DNA of 64,000 nucleotides, taken from assembly GCF_009914755.1 (NCBI RefSeq), contig NC_060932.1; one strand, 5' to 3'. The notes under the pieces are model-generated. The model did not search any database, was not told where the DNA came from, and saw only the letters and a program-made list of their open reading frames with translations. This document shows positions 13,446-27,149 of this stretch, one piece after another. Position numbers and translations under genes: made by a program. The stretch is from the human T2T-CHM13v2.0 reference genome, Homo sapiens. Position 1 is the first letter of the stretch. Each line of letters begins with the position of its first letter.

Positions 13446-14928
13446 TGTACAGGTGACCCTTGAACAACACAGGTTTTAACTGCAGCGACCCTCTTACTTG
13501 CAGATTTTTTCAATAAATACATCAGAAAAGTTTTGGAGATTTTCAACAATTTGAAAAAACTCACAGATGAACCACACAACCTAGAAATATTGAAAGAATT
13601 AAGAAAACGTTAGGTATGTCATGAATGCATAAAAATATGTAGATACTGGTCTATTTTATCATTTACTTGCATAAAATATACACCAATCAATTATAAAACA
13701 TTAACATGTATGAAAACTTACACATACAAACATAGACTGTACATGGCACCATTCTCAGTCCAGAGAAATGTAACCAAACATAAAGATGCTGTATTAAATC
13801 ATAACTTTATAAAATTAACTGTAGTATGTACTGTACTACTGTAATAATTTTGCAGCCACCCCGTCACTGTTGTGATGCAATCAAGTGTTGTGAGTATCCA
13901 CTTAAATAGCCATGTGACCCTTATCATCTCTGCGTAAGCAGTTTGTCTATCCGGTAAATTGCATATTGAAGTGAAATGATCTCTCATGATTTCTTTTGTA
14001 TTTTTCATCGTGCTTAGTACAATATAATAAACCTTGAATAACACCATTTGACCCATACGAAGTGCCACTAGTGATGCTTGGAAGTGCTCCCCAAAACACA
14101 GAAAAGTCATGACATAACAAGAAAAAGTGGAATTGCTTAATATGTACCATGATTGAGGTCTGCAACTGTGGTTGCCATTTCAGACAGACATCTTGTAAAC
14201 AGACAATGTAAACTTATGGAACTGGTAAATACAATACTGTAAATGTATTTGCTCCTCCTTATGATTTTCTTAACAACATTTTCTTTTCTCTACATTACTT
14301 TATTTTAACAATACAGCATATAATACTTATAACATTCAAAATATGTGTTAATAAACTGTTTCTGTTATTGGTAAGGCTCCCAGTCAACAGTAGGCTATTC
14401 GTTGTTAAGTTTTTGGGGAGTCAAAAGATATACATGGGTATGGGGAGAGGGGCTGTCACCCCTAACCCTTGGGTTGTTCATAGGTCAACTGTGTTAGCTT
14501 TCTAGGGTTGCTGTAACAAATTACCATGACCTGGGTGGCTTAAGACAACAGAAATCTATGCTGTCATGGTTCTGAAGGCCAGAAGTCTGAAATCAAGGTG
14601 TCAGCAGGGTTGTTCCTTTTCAGAGGCTCTAAAGGAGAATCTTTTTCCTGCTTCACTTCTAGCTTTGTAGGCTGCTGGCAATCCTTGACATTCCTTAGCT
14701 GGTAGATGCATCACTCCAACCTCTGCCTCCATCTTCACACTGCCTTCTCCTCTTACATTGCCCTGTGTTCTCCTCTTCTATCTTTTATAAGGACATGTGT
14801 CATTGAAGTTAGGGCCCTCCCTAATCCAGGTTGATCTACCTCATCTCAAAATCCTTAACTTAATTACATCTGCAAAGAGGCTTCAAATAGACATACCTCT
14901 TAGGGAGTCTATTATTCAACACATTACA
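13446..14928 (-). mobile_element. MLT1 solo LTR (13446-13449 + 14492-14928) split by the Tigger2
   Basis: ttagctttctagggttgctgtaacaaattaccatgacctgggtggcttaagacaacagaaat...attcaacacattaca; 5-bp TSD GTAGG at 13441-13445 and 14929-14933. Confidence 0.85.
13450..14491 (+). mobile_element. Tigger2-family DNA transposon (internally deleted, ~1.04 kb)
   Basis: TIRs caggtgacccttgaacaac (13450) and gttgttcataggtcaactg (ends 14491); TA precedes the element. Remnant of the transposase N-terminus (cagaaaagtcatgacataacaagaaaaagtggaattgct). Confidence 0.88.
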
Positions 14929-15385
14929 GTAGGTGTACATTTTATCATTAGTAGATGACTGTACATAGACATTATGTATACATTCCTTTGGATGTTAGAT
15001 ATATATATTTTCAAAAAAGATAAATTTGCTTAAAATTAAAATGTGAAAGAAAATAGAGGACAGAAGATTCTAATGTCAATTTTAAGGTTAGATTATCTCC
15101 CTAACTTGACTACCTAAAATATAATTTTCTCAATAAAAAGAAGCATTTTCCTAATATTATATGGTAAAATAATTTTTTTATATATTTCTATTTATGTACA
15201 TACATATATATTGCATATTTCATTTTCAGCATAGCCTAATTAAAAAATATGCTGAAGCTGAGTTTTCTATTCCTATGTTCTTAATAGAAGCAACATTAAA
15301 TCTGATTTTATATTTGAGGTTGTTTCTAATTTTCATGGTTAGTTTTCCAGATTCAAATAATAAAGAATTAAGAATTTTCAGTTGA

Positions 15386-15751
<366 letters not shown>

Positions 15752-16147
15752 TGAATAATCCTCTGAAAGAAATAGACTCATCTGGTCTCATCCAAGAAGT
15801 GCACGTTTCCATTTTTGGCCATCATGTTGACAACTAATTTTTAAAATATTAATTACTTATGTTGGAGAGGATGTGAATATACGGACATCCTTTTACATTT
15901 TTGGTGGGAATATAATTTGTCGTAATCTTTCTAAAATGAAATTTGGCAGTACATATCAAGAATCTTTATAGTATTTATATCCTTCACCCTAGTAATTATA
16001 TTTCTAGAAATTTATACTGAAGAAATAACCAGATATTCATCTAGATTTATATGCAAATATGTTTAACCATAATTATTAGCAACAGTGTAAAACTGAAAAT
16101 AACCTAATTTTCCAAAAATAGGGTAAATTAACTATCATTTTCAGGTT

Positions 16148-17032
16148 CCAGTCATCTATTGTTGTGTAACAAACTACACCTAACTTAGTGGCTTAAGATA
16201 AAAATTGATTATGACATCTCAGATTCATGTGTGAGAGCACGGCAAGGATGGACTATATCTCTGCTCCACAATGTCTGGGACCTCAGGTAGGTTAACTCAA
16301 AAGCTAGGGGCTGGGCCATATAGCTGGGGAATGGCCAGGCATCTGTCCTTCTCTCTACCTGGTTTCTTCATGTGGCTAGTTTGGGCTTTCTCACAGCATG
16401 GCGGGCTTTGTATAGTTGGAAATTTCACACAGCAACTCAGCGGTTCAAAAAGAAGAAATTGAAGCTGCCATTTTCTTATGGCCTATCTGGCATCTGACAG
16501 TGTCTGTCACTTCCTCCATATTCTCATGGTCAAACCAGTGAGAGGGCCCACTCAAACTCATGAGAGGGGACACAGTTCTAACTTTTGATGAAAGGAATAC
16601 TGCAGTAGTCCGTTTTCATGCTGCTAATAAAGACATACCTGAGACTGGGCAATTTACAAAAGAAAGAGGTTTAACTGGACTCACAGTTCCACATGGCCAG
16701 GGAGGCCTCACAATCATGGCGGAAGGCAAGGAGGAGCAAGTCACATCTTACATGAATGGCAGCAGGCAAAGAGAGCTTGTGCAGAGAAACTCCTGTTTTT
16801 AAAACCATCAGATCTCTAACAATTCCCGTTTTTAAAACCAAAAACTCTCATTTTAAAAACCATCATTCACTATCATGAGAACAGCCCACCCCCATGATTC
16901 AGTCATTTCCCACTGGGTCTCTCCCACAACACGTGGGAATTATGGGAGCTACAAGATGAGATTTGGGTGGGGACACAGAGCCAAACCATATCAAGTACCA
17001 AGGAATTTGTGGCGATCTGTAAGCTGCCACAC
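16148..17032 (-). mobile_element. Old MLT1-type LTR interrupted by a THE1 LTR
   Basis: cagtcatctattgttgtgtaacaaactacacctaacttagtggcttaa...; resumes after 16998 (caaggaatttgtggcgatctgtaagctgccaca). Confidence 0.65.
16601..16993 (-). mobile_element. THE1 solo LTR
   Basis: tgcagtagtccgttttcatgctgctaataaagacatacctgagactggg...ggggacacagagccaaaccatatca; TSD AATAC/AGTAC. Confidence 0.93.
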
Positions 17033-17847
17033 TTTATAATGTAATAGTGGCCATTAAAAAGTATTATACTGCTAATTATTGAATAGCAAAGAGGATGATC
17101 ATTTTGAGTAACATTATTTTGGTTGTGATTATAAGCAAAATAATTTGATTTTCAAGGAAATTCTAAAAGAAGAAAAATATATTACATAATGGTGGAATGT
17201 TTAATAAGTAAAATAAAATAAAATGCTTCTATGGCAATTCCTTTGAAGACCAGCAGGTATTTATAATGTTTTGAAAAGTTTATGCAAGCTGTTATCATTT
17301 TTATAGCTTTATTCTTGTGGGGATCAGAATAAATTGAACTTCATATAACTTCAAAGTAAAAGAGAAAACAGGGACAGAAATTAGTTGAGGACAGAAGAGA
17401 ATGCTGACATGTTTCTAGGAAAATCTATAGCCTAAGGGGATGGGAAGGAATGTAGAGTTAGAAAAGAAAAATATATACAAAAATAATGCATAAAGAGGAC
17501 AAAGGAGAAAAATTTTAAGGCACATTCTAAGAAGAGAAAATATGATCACTTACAAGGAAATTAGTGAAACTTGTAGAATATTGGATTCTTATAATCTCAC
17601 TATTAGGAACTTATGTGAGTAAAATTTTAAGGTCATTGCTGTTTCAGAAATATCTGTGGAAACAAAACTTTAAAGATAGAAAGAATGATCAAACAAAATG
17701 ATTAGAGTAATGGTCAGTAACCTATGGAATATCAATTTATTGAAATATTATCTAACAATACATTTGAAAGTTTAAAGACTAAGAAAAACTTTATATAACA
17801 AACCTAATTGAAAAAGTAGAATATAAAGTGTAAGCTCATTAGAATTA

Positions 17848-18168
<321 letters not shown>

Positions 18169-20487
18169 ATGTATAAAATATACAAATAATAAAAATTCGT
18201 AGACAATTTAGACACGAAAATACAATGGAGGACTAGGGATAATTGTTTTAGTAGTTTTGCATAGTGTTACAAATTTTATATTATTACATAAGGAAGACTT
18301 AAACCAATTACTAAATATAGGAGAGTAAACCTTGGAATTTAAATTTTAAAAGCTTTTTACGTTTTATTTTATAGTCAAATGATTTGTATTTTTCAATATT
18401 ATTTTAAAATATAAGGAGAAAAAGAAAATACAAAATTATATAGATCCAAAATGGTAAGATACCAATTTTATAAAATCACTCTCATTCTTAAGCAATCGTG
18501 GTTTTGCCAACTACAGTATTCTAGTGGTAAAACAAAACTAACATCTTTTTAAGGACATACAGTTCAGTTCAGTACCCTTTAGCCACAAAGTACAACAACT
18601 GTTGCCCTTCAATCACATAGAAGGAGAAAATAATTATTCATAGGTTACTTCCTTAATACACGGCAATAAAACTAGGTCTCTAAAAATTCACTTTATATGT
18701 TAATTTGTGAATAGAAAACAACTATGCTGAGAGCATTTTTTTCTCTTATCTGGGAAGATCAACTAAGGGAGAATGCAAGTATTAGTTGTATAATTTCAAG
18801 CCAGTAAAGCATTTAACACGTAGAATCTGAATATCATAAATCTTGTAAGTATCTGCTTCAGATCATGTTATCCATAGACAATGTAAAAATCACTTTGTTT
18901 TTTTTTTTTTGTTGTTGTTTCCTTTTGTTTTTAAAGTGAAAGCAAGTTTATTAAGAAAGTAAAAGAATAAAAGAATGGCTTCTCCATAGACAGAGCAGCC
19001 CCAGGGCTACTTGTGGTCCATTTTTATGGTATTTCTTGATTATATGCTAAACAAGGGGTGGATTATTTATGCCTCCCCTTTTTAGACCATATAAGGTAAC
19101 TTCCATGACATTGTCATGACATGTAAATTGTCATGGTGCTGATGACAGTGTAGCAGTGAGGACGACCAGAGGTTACTCTCATCACCATCTTGGTTTTGGT
19201 GGGTTGCAGCTTTACTGTAACCTGTTTTATCAGCAAAGTCTTTATGATCTGTATCTTGTCCTTACCTCCTATCTCATCCTGTGATTTAGACTGTCTAACC
19301 ATCTGGGAATGCAGCCCATTAGGTCTCAGCCTTATTTTACCCAGCTCCTACTCAAGATGGAGTTGCTCTAGTTCAAACACCTCTGACATTTCCCCCCTCC
19401 CTTTTATAAGAGAACCCTTTAATCCTAAGGGTTGCAGTGGGATGAAGATTCATCTTCTATAAATTCTTCATGCTGAATAGGGGTGATGATATTTCTGCCT
19501 ACCAGGGTCTCTTATATTCAGGATAGAGCTGGGCTCAATCAGAAAGCATCAGTATGATGAGGGCCATACGTAACTCTTGAGTTCCAACAAAAGGTGTTAT
19601 CTGGAAGATTAATAAATATTTAATTTAAGAAAATGTTGAGTAAGCTTATTCTGCATTCCTGCACAGACAGTACAACAGCAATATATTCCACAAGAGTAAA
19701 ACAAACTAAGTGATATTATCCCAAGTAAACTAAATAAGAAGGCTTTCCATGAACTGGACAACTGTTGGAACTGGGATGATATGGAGCTGAATTGCTTCAT
19801 ATCAGAATTAGATTATTGATTCAGATTTTTACATTACCCATCCCTCTTGTTTCCTCTGAGCTGCAGTTAGAGATCACTGATTGTTTCACAGGAATAAGCA
19901 GTCAGTCTAAATTGCAGAAAAAAATCAAAAACAACCAATGAGACTCTAAATTAATAACAAGCATACCTACCATAGTTCTTGAAACTTAATTTTTCTCTCT
20001 CCAGTCTCCCATTTTTAGTAAAGACAAATCATGGTAAAACTGATTTGCTTTATTATACTTGGCCTGATTATATTCATAAAGTTCAGCAAGGATAATTATT
20101 TTTCACATAAGCCATTTTTAAATCATCTTTGATGGAACTCTGTTCCACAGAAGGAATCTCAGATAAGACTTCTTTTTAAAGCCAAGCCCAGCCATGGGTG
20201 TGTACCCTCAGATACCTATGAATTAGATAAATCCCTCTTCTTTTGAAGTTCCAAGGTTACTTGGGGCTCCTGGGCCTATCAGAAAGTGACAATCTTTACT
20301 TACCACAGGTCAGGAACCTTGTACAGGGACTGTGTAGACAAGGTATGAGGCCAGTTTTCCCAAGGGGCTTTCATTGGCTCTACAAGTCAAGTTCCATTCC
20401 TTAAAGGAAAGCATGCCATTCCAGTCAAAGCCTTGGTAAAATAACCGGTTTCTCCAATTGTGTCCTGTCACAAAAGAAAGCATATTC

Positions 20488-20788
20488 TTTTTTTTTTTTC
20501 TTTTTTTGAGATGGAGTCTCACTTTATTGCCAGGCTAGAGTGCAGTGGCTCAATCTCAGCTCACTGCAACCTCCGCCTCCCAGGTACATGAGATTCTCTT
20601 GCCTCAGCTTCCCGAGTAGCTGGGATTACAGGCAACTGCCACCATGCCCAGCTAATTTTTTTGCATTTTTAGTAGAGATGGGGTTTCACTGTGTTATCCA
20701 GGATGGTCTCAAACTCTGGACCTCATGATCCACCTGCCTCGGCCTCCCAAAGTGCTGGGATTACAGGCATCAGCCACCACACCTGGCC
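20488..20788 (-). mobile_element. AluS (Sc-like) inserted in MER41-int
   Basis: TSD aaagaaagca(t/g)attc at 20473-20487 and 20789-20803. Confidence 0.93.
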
Positions 20789-23692
20789 AAAGAAAGCAGA
20801 TTCATATTGCACTTATGCAAATAACTGTATTGTCATAAGTCAAAAATACTCACAACTAGTTTCCAAATTTTGGAGAAATCAGGTAGAGAGAAACAAATAT
20901 GCTCCAAATTTTATTTACAGGGGTATACTTTACTCAATAGCCATAGGCTGTAAATAGCTCAAAAGAAAAGTTTCATTGACTCTGAAAAACAAAACAAAGG
21001 ATCAGAAACATTTAAAGCAAAGTAAAAAAGATTACTTCAGTTTTCTATTAGCTTAGTCCATGCAGTTAGCTCCTGTTCTGTTTGATATTCATGAACATTT
21101 CAGCTCTCCATGTGAGTCTTGAAAGTTTTTCCTCTATTCTAATGTTACAATTTCCGAAGTTACCAGAAACCTGGATTTAAAAACACATGTCAAAGTCCTA
21201 TAGCTGACTATAAACCACCTTTTGAAGAGGATCAAAACAAGACAAGAATTGTTTGTGGATGACAAAGTCTTAGGACAGCCGCTAGTAAAGCCACAGTTGA
21301 CTAGGAAATTTTGGTCACCTCTATGGCACACAATGATTTTATGTAACAATTTTAATTATTACATTAAGCCATATCAGAATTATAGGAGTTTCTCATAATT
21401 TTGGAACACATACCAATAACACATTTATACAAATACAGCCCAAAGAAAGCCAGTTTAATATTTGACAATGCTTCCTCTATGACTTTCATACCAAATAAGC
21501 CAAATGTCACTGTTGCATTGGTGCATTATTAATGTCAGACCCAATTCTCTATAAAACCTTATAGATAAATCTATCCTATTTTAATGTAAGATTCTCATAA
21601 ACCTTTTATAACTCTTTACAATTTTTTGTTATACAGCAGATCAGTGCTCTAAGAGAAATCTGTTGTGCTTTTATTTCAATGTTCAATTTACAGAAAAAGT
21701 GATTAATACCCCTTTGGTTCTAGCCAATATGTTCACACACATAATTTCTTTTACAAGATTAATTTTTCACAAACCTTCCACAACTTGCTCAAACCTTCAG
21801 CTTTATCTTATCTAACTTAAAACAATCCTTGAACCCTTTAATTTAGGCAAAAAAATTCATATTTCCATGCCTTCTTCTAATCTTTTACCAAAAGTATATT
21901 CTTCTTTTCTTACATGTCTTGCATGTAAAATCATTTCTTTAGTAGTCTCAATTACATGTTACAATGTTAACTCTTAGCAACTTTTACTTTTGGTGAAAAC
22001 CTTGATAAGTAAGGGATTTTAATTATGTACTAGATGTGGAGTCTAGGACATCAGACAGAAGTGCAGATAAGGGCTGACTCTCCAGACTAGCTAGGGGCCA
22101 TGGCTCTCCACATGTCCCCAGGCTTTATCTAGAATCTAACACTCCAAAGTAGGTAAGCTGAACAATTTTTAAAAGTAAAAGAAGCAGCTTATGACCTTAA
22201 AGCATTTAGCAAACCTAATATCTGACCTGCATAATTTAGACCAAATGTTTACATGTTTGAAGATATTTTTATTTTACCAATAATCTTTAAAACTGTCTTT
22301 ATTTCCCAAAGAGTACTAAAGTCACATGAATTACAATGCATTATGCTTTTAACTTTTCTGACAAAATATTTTATTTAAGCACTTATTATTTTAAAATTAA
22401 TTAAAGCTTTTTTTTATATCACACATACAACACATGTAAATACACAGACAGACAGAAGATTCAGTAGCTGCAAAATTTTTCATTTGCCAATTTTAGTTTC
22501 TTAATTGGATTACTGGCTTCAGGGTGGAGCCCTTAGAGGAACAGGGCCAGGACATCATGCAGTTTTTATAGCCTAATAAGAAAGCACAGCTAGAAGGCAG
22601 AAACAGATCTCTAGAAATTAAGGGTCCCATTTTTATACCAGATGCTAGATCCCCCCAAAAAGAGGGAATCAGCCCATCCCCATGCGAGTCTTATCTCTCA
22701 GTGGGGAGTGGGGACATCTTGATACTTCCTAGGTGACCAAGAGCATGCTTCTCTGATCCAAACGTGTGAAGAGCTGCATATCCTCCATAACTTCCATTAG
22801 CTATGCCCAAAGGTATATCTCCTACCTAGTTATTAGGTAAGAGTTATTAGTTATTACACACCAAAGCTCTCTCATACTGCAAAGTAATTTCCGATATCCC
22901 CAAAAGTTAAAACCATCAGACAATGAAATGCAAAACAGAACAGAACCTTAGATTTTGAGAGGGATCTATCCACTTCCAGTTCTTGGGGTTTCATGAGGGA
23001 AACAGAGACTTTTCCCAAAATGGGATCTGTGGTGCCTCCTCCATTTTTCCCAAGGAGTCCCAGGCTGTTAGAGCTTGAATATCCATTTTTAATTAAGCTG
23101 ACTTTTAACCATTGTGCTCTTAAAAAAGTCCTTTTAAATTTCTTATTACCCGACTTTAGCCAGGCCGAATGGCCAATATTTCTGTGCTCAGAGAAAGGAA
23201 AATTTAAGATGGTTTGTGAAGGGGAAGAGAATCAACAAATGTAAAGGTCAAACAGATATCAAGTCAGAAAGGACTCATTTCCTAAGCCAGGGATTGAATC
23301 CTGAACCCGGGCTGCCATTGTGAAAAGAGAAAGCATGGCCACATTGTTACAAGGTCAAGCTTCCAAGGACATACAAGACAAGAGGGAGACCTTATCCAGT
23401 TTCTTTTCAGGGACCTGCAACAAAGTTTGTATTAACAACTGACCAGTTTGCTGGGCCATCTTGAACAGTGGACTTATGGGGTCCTAGGCCCACATTCTAT
23501 CTTAAGGTGCCCCTCTTTCTATAGAAAAATATAGAAACACAAATTCACAGTACAAAGTAGAACAGATTCACTACAGCTTAAGACTAGCCTCACAAATACC
23601 ATTCATTCAACAAGTTTGCACACACAGAGAGAGAATGAGAGAGAGGGGCCAGAAATTTGACTGGTAAGAAATTCTTACCCTTTTACTGGCAA

Positions 23693-23821
23693 TATTACCT
23701 CATGGTAATATTGGCAGTATTACAGAGTAAGTTCCTAATTAAGTAGACAGCTTGACTGACTTTCTTTTTTTAGTACGATGTGTCTCAGTGTTTTCAGATC
23801 CCTTGGCCTACAGATTTGTAT
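23693..23821 (+). repeat. Dispersed direct duplicate of 26401-26527
   Basis: cctcatggtaatattggcagtattacaga...cagatcccttggcctacagatttgtat occurs at both sites, with about a dozen differences by eye. Confidence 0.92.
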
Positions 23822-24251
23822 TTGCCAGGCTTCTAGGTTCCCTTTCCCTGAGCTTCCTTAGTGACCCAGCTGGCTGCACCACAGCCCAGGGGGTCAAGCC
23901 ACAACACAAAGGAAAATTATTTTTTCCGTTCTGGCCAGAGCAAAATACGTGTGTCAAAACATAGACACTGGCTACTCCACTTAGAGCCCAATATCAAACT
24001 GGAGAGACTCAAATTTGCCCCTGATTGGGCCCCATAATCGTTAATCCAACCTCCAACAAGGATTTTCAACATGTGGTCTCTGGGCAAGATGGTCACCTCA
24101 AAGTCAGCCTATTGGTGCACTCAGATGATTTTTCCTTTGGGTCAGGGGTCTCCTTGGTATTGTCCCTCTTCCATGGTTTGCTAGAAAGATGTTACCAGAC
24201 CCCTCCACTTACCCAAAGTTAGCCTTTGGGTCAGGGGTTTCCTCAGTATTG

Positions 24252-24269
24252 TCCCTTCTGTGGTCACCA
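24252..24269 (-). promoter_or_regulatory. Primer-binding site, tRNA-Arg(TCG)-like
   Basis: TGGTGACCACAGAAGGGA 6 nt after the LTR end; resembles TGGCGACCACGAAGGGAC, the complement of a tRNA-Arg-TCG 3' end as I recall it. Confidence 0.6.
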
Positions 24270-24556
24270 GAAAGATGTTACCGGAAAGGGGTCCCCATCC
24301 AGAACCCAAGAGAGGGTTCTTGGATCTTGTGCAAGAAATAATTTGAGATGAGTCCATAGAGTAAAGTGAAAATAAGTTTATTAAGAAAGTAAAGGGATAA
24401 AAGAATGGCTGCTCCATAGACAGAATAGCCTTGTCTTTTCTTTGAATCTTGAAGGGTAGTTATGTCCTCTAATAGTTATAGGGACAAAGTTTTCTGAGCA
24501 TAGACAAAAGAAATTTTACCAATAGTTCAATTTCTAGGAACCTAAGAGATACAGCC

Positions 24557-24985
24557 TGTGATGGTTAATTTCATTTAACATGACTGAGTTCAGGAATCTT
24601 CAGGTAGTTGGTAAAACATTATTCTGGGTGCATTTGTGTGGGGCTTTCTAGAAGAGATTAGCATTTCCAACAGTACACTGGGAAAGATCACTTTCACCAA
24701 TGTGAGTAGGCATCATGCAATCCGAGGACCCACATAGAACAAGGCAGAGGAAAAGTGAATTCTCTCTGTTCTTCAGCCAGGACAATCACCTTGCTGTTGG
24801 ATATTGGAACTCCTGGCTCTCTGGCCTTCACACTCAAGGACTTACACCCCCCAACCCCCGTTGGGTTTCTCAGGCCTTTGGCTTTGCACCAAGTTACACC
24901 ACTAGCTCCCCTGGCTCCCAGGTCTTTGTGGTGAGACCAAATTAATTACCCCAACAGTTGTTCTGGTTCTCCAGCTTGCAGAACT
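24557..24985 (+). mobile_element. MLT2 (ERVL) LTR
   Basis: tgtgatggttaatttc...ggtaaaacattattctgggtg...gaagagattagcattt...ttctggttctccagcttgcaga. Confidence 0.8.
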
Positions 24986-25019
24986 CCTATTAGACATAGG
25001 AGTTCCAGAAACTTCTTAG

Positions 25020-25336
<317 letters not shown>

Positions 25337-27149
25337 TATTTCCTATTTCTCTTATGTTATTTCATTACATTTTTTTTTGCTTCTCATGTTTCATTGTGGG
25401 TAAGTTCCTCAATGTGACATTCCAGTTTACTGTTTTTCATTTGATTGTGCCTGTCAGTAATTTACCCTATTTATTATGTTTTCAAAAGTTGAACAATCAT
25501 ATTTTTATTTTAAATGTTTTTATTGGTTTTTCCTCATATTTGCCTATTATTATTTTTTTCTGTCTGCTTTTGTGTCATGTAAGTTATGTGAGTCTGTAAG
25601 CTTGTTAGTTTATGGTAGGCTCAACAATTTAACATATAGATCATGAAATGTGATTAATAAATCATAATAATTTTATTTCTCATTCACAGCCTACTACACT
25701 GTATTTGGTCCAGGTCATAGGGTACCTGTCTTTCCCACATTAATTTAGGAACTCAGTGACCTTCTGTTTTGTGGCTTTCATCTGTTAGAACCAAAGCTGA
25801 GTCTGAAATACAGATGTAAAAGGGAGATAAAAGCAAGGAAGAAGCATAACCCTGTCTACTACTAGCTTAAAATCTCTGGCATGAAATTGGCCCATATCAG
25901 TTCTGCTCGATTCCATTAACCCAAACTTACTCATACTGCCCCATCTGCAAGGGAAGCAGAGACATGTAATCTAACCAGGGACCCAGCCATAAGGGGAGAA
26001 TGGATTTTTTTTTAAATTTTTTTTGATTCCTAGCAGTGTCTGCACAAATGTGGCCATTCTTCTTCTTCTTGTTCAGTGGGTGTTATTCTTACACGTACAT
26101 TTTGAGCATTTCTCATTATATGTTATGAAAATCTTTGTGAAGATTTTCTACAAAATTAATTCCATCTGGAGTGAATTTGTATTATAAATTTTTCTGGCTA
26201 TTTTTCTCATTTTTTTTTGGTGCTTTACATATTGGATTGCATACTCATTTTTGAGGACGGAGTTGTTTTCATTTGTGTTTCTTTAGTTTTTTCCTCTGGC
26301 TTATCCTCCCTGTCCATTTATTGTTCAGGTGACTGTAACTCAGCCATTAAGGCTTTCATTCCAAATCCATTTTTATGTTTCTAGAAGTCATTTGAGATCT
26401 TATTCCTCATGGTAATATTGGCAGTATTACAGAATAAGTTCCTAATTCAGCAGGTGGCTTGCCTTACTTTCTTTTTCAGTATGATGTGTCTCAGTCTTTT
26501 CAGATCCCTTGGCCTACAGATTTGTATGAAGTTATGTGCTCTGTATGTGGATAATCTGAGTTGTTATTTCACAGTCGCCTTTTAGGAACCTATACAGATG
26601 CATCTGAAGCCAAAGTGCAATGCTCTGAATGCATTACACTCTCTTTTATAATAATATTAATCTGCATAAAGCAACTGCTAATAAATATTAATAATATTAA
26701 TTATACATGTATGTCATAATAGTAGAGGAGGATTTAGTTGAAAATATGTACATTAATTATTAAAGCATTTTACTCACTTATAGTGCATATTATAGACAAT
26801 GTTGAATTGAATCTTATGTATATTTGCCCCCTCATTCAATTTAGATGATTGTTAAAAAATCTGCTACTCTGGGAATTTAACAAAAACTGCACAAAGTATT
26901 CTAACAAGAAATGGCTCAAAGGCATGAACTGATATTTTTACATGCTGACATTCTGGTTTATTCCTTTTATTTTTTCAACAGGTTCTCTAAACAGCTTGCT
27001 TTGAAATGGGCAGGTCAATTCATAAAAGTTTAGTATTCAAATTCAAATTTATTTTTCCCCAAAGTGAGAATTGTAAGTTTTAAAAGCAATTTAATATCAT
27101 TTAAAACATAAAAAAGATGGACAGAATTCTTTGCATGAATGAGTGAATT

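Larger units (their letters stand above)
18908..24430 (-). mobile_element. MER41A-type ERV1 element with processed-retrocopy structure (R-U5, internal region, U3-R, poly(A))
   Basis: 5' LTR is only R-U5 (24276-24430). Primer-binding site (PBS) at 24252-24269. Polypurine tract next to 19389. 3' LTR is only U3-R (18933-19388, starts TGTCAGAGGTGTTTGAACTAGAGCAACTCCATCTTG). AATAAA at 18947-18952, then an A-rich tail at 18908-18932. No long gag/pol ORF. Confidence 0.85.

Noticed and set aside
26960-27020. Acceptor-like ttccttttatttttttcaacag
   Set aside because: The following donor (CAG|GTCAAT) is weak and there is no other support.
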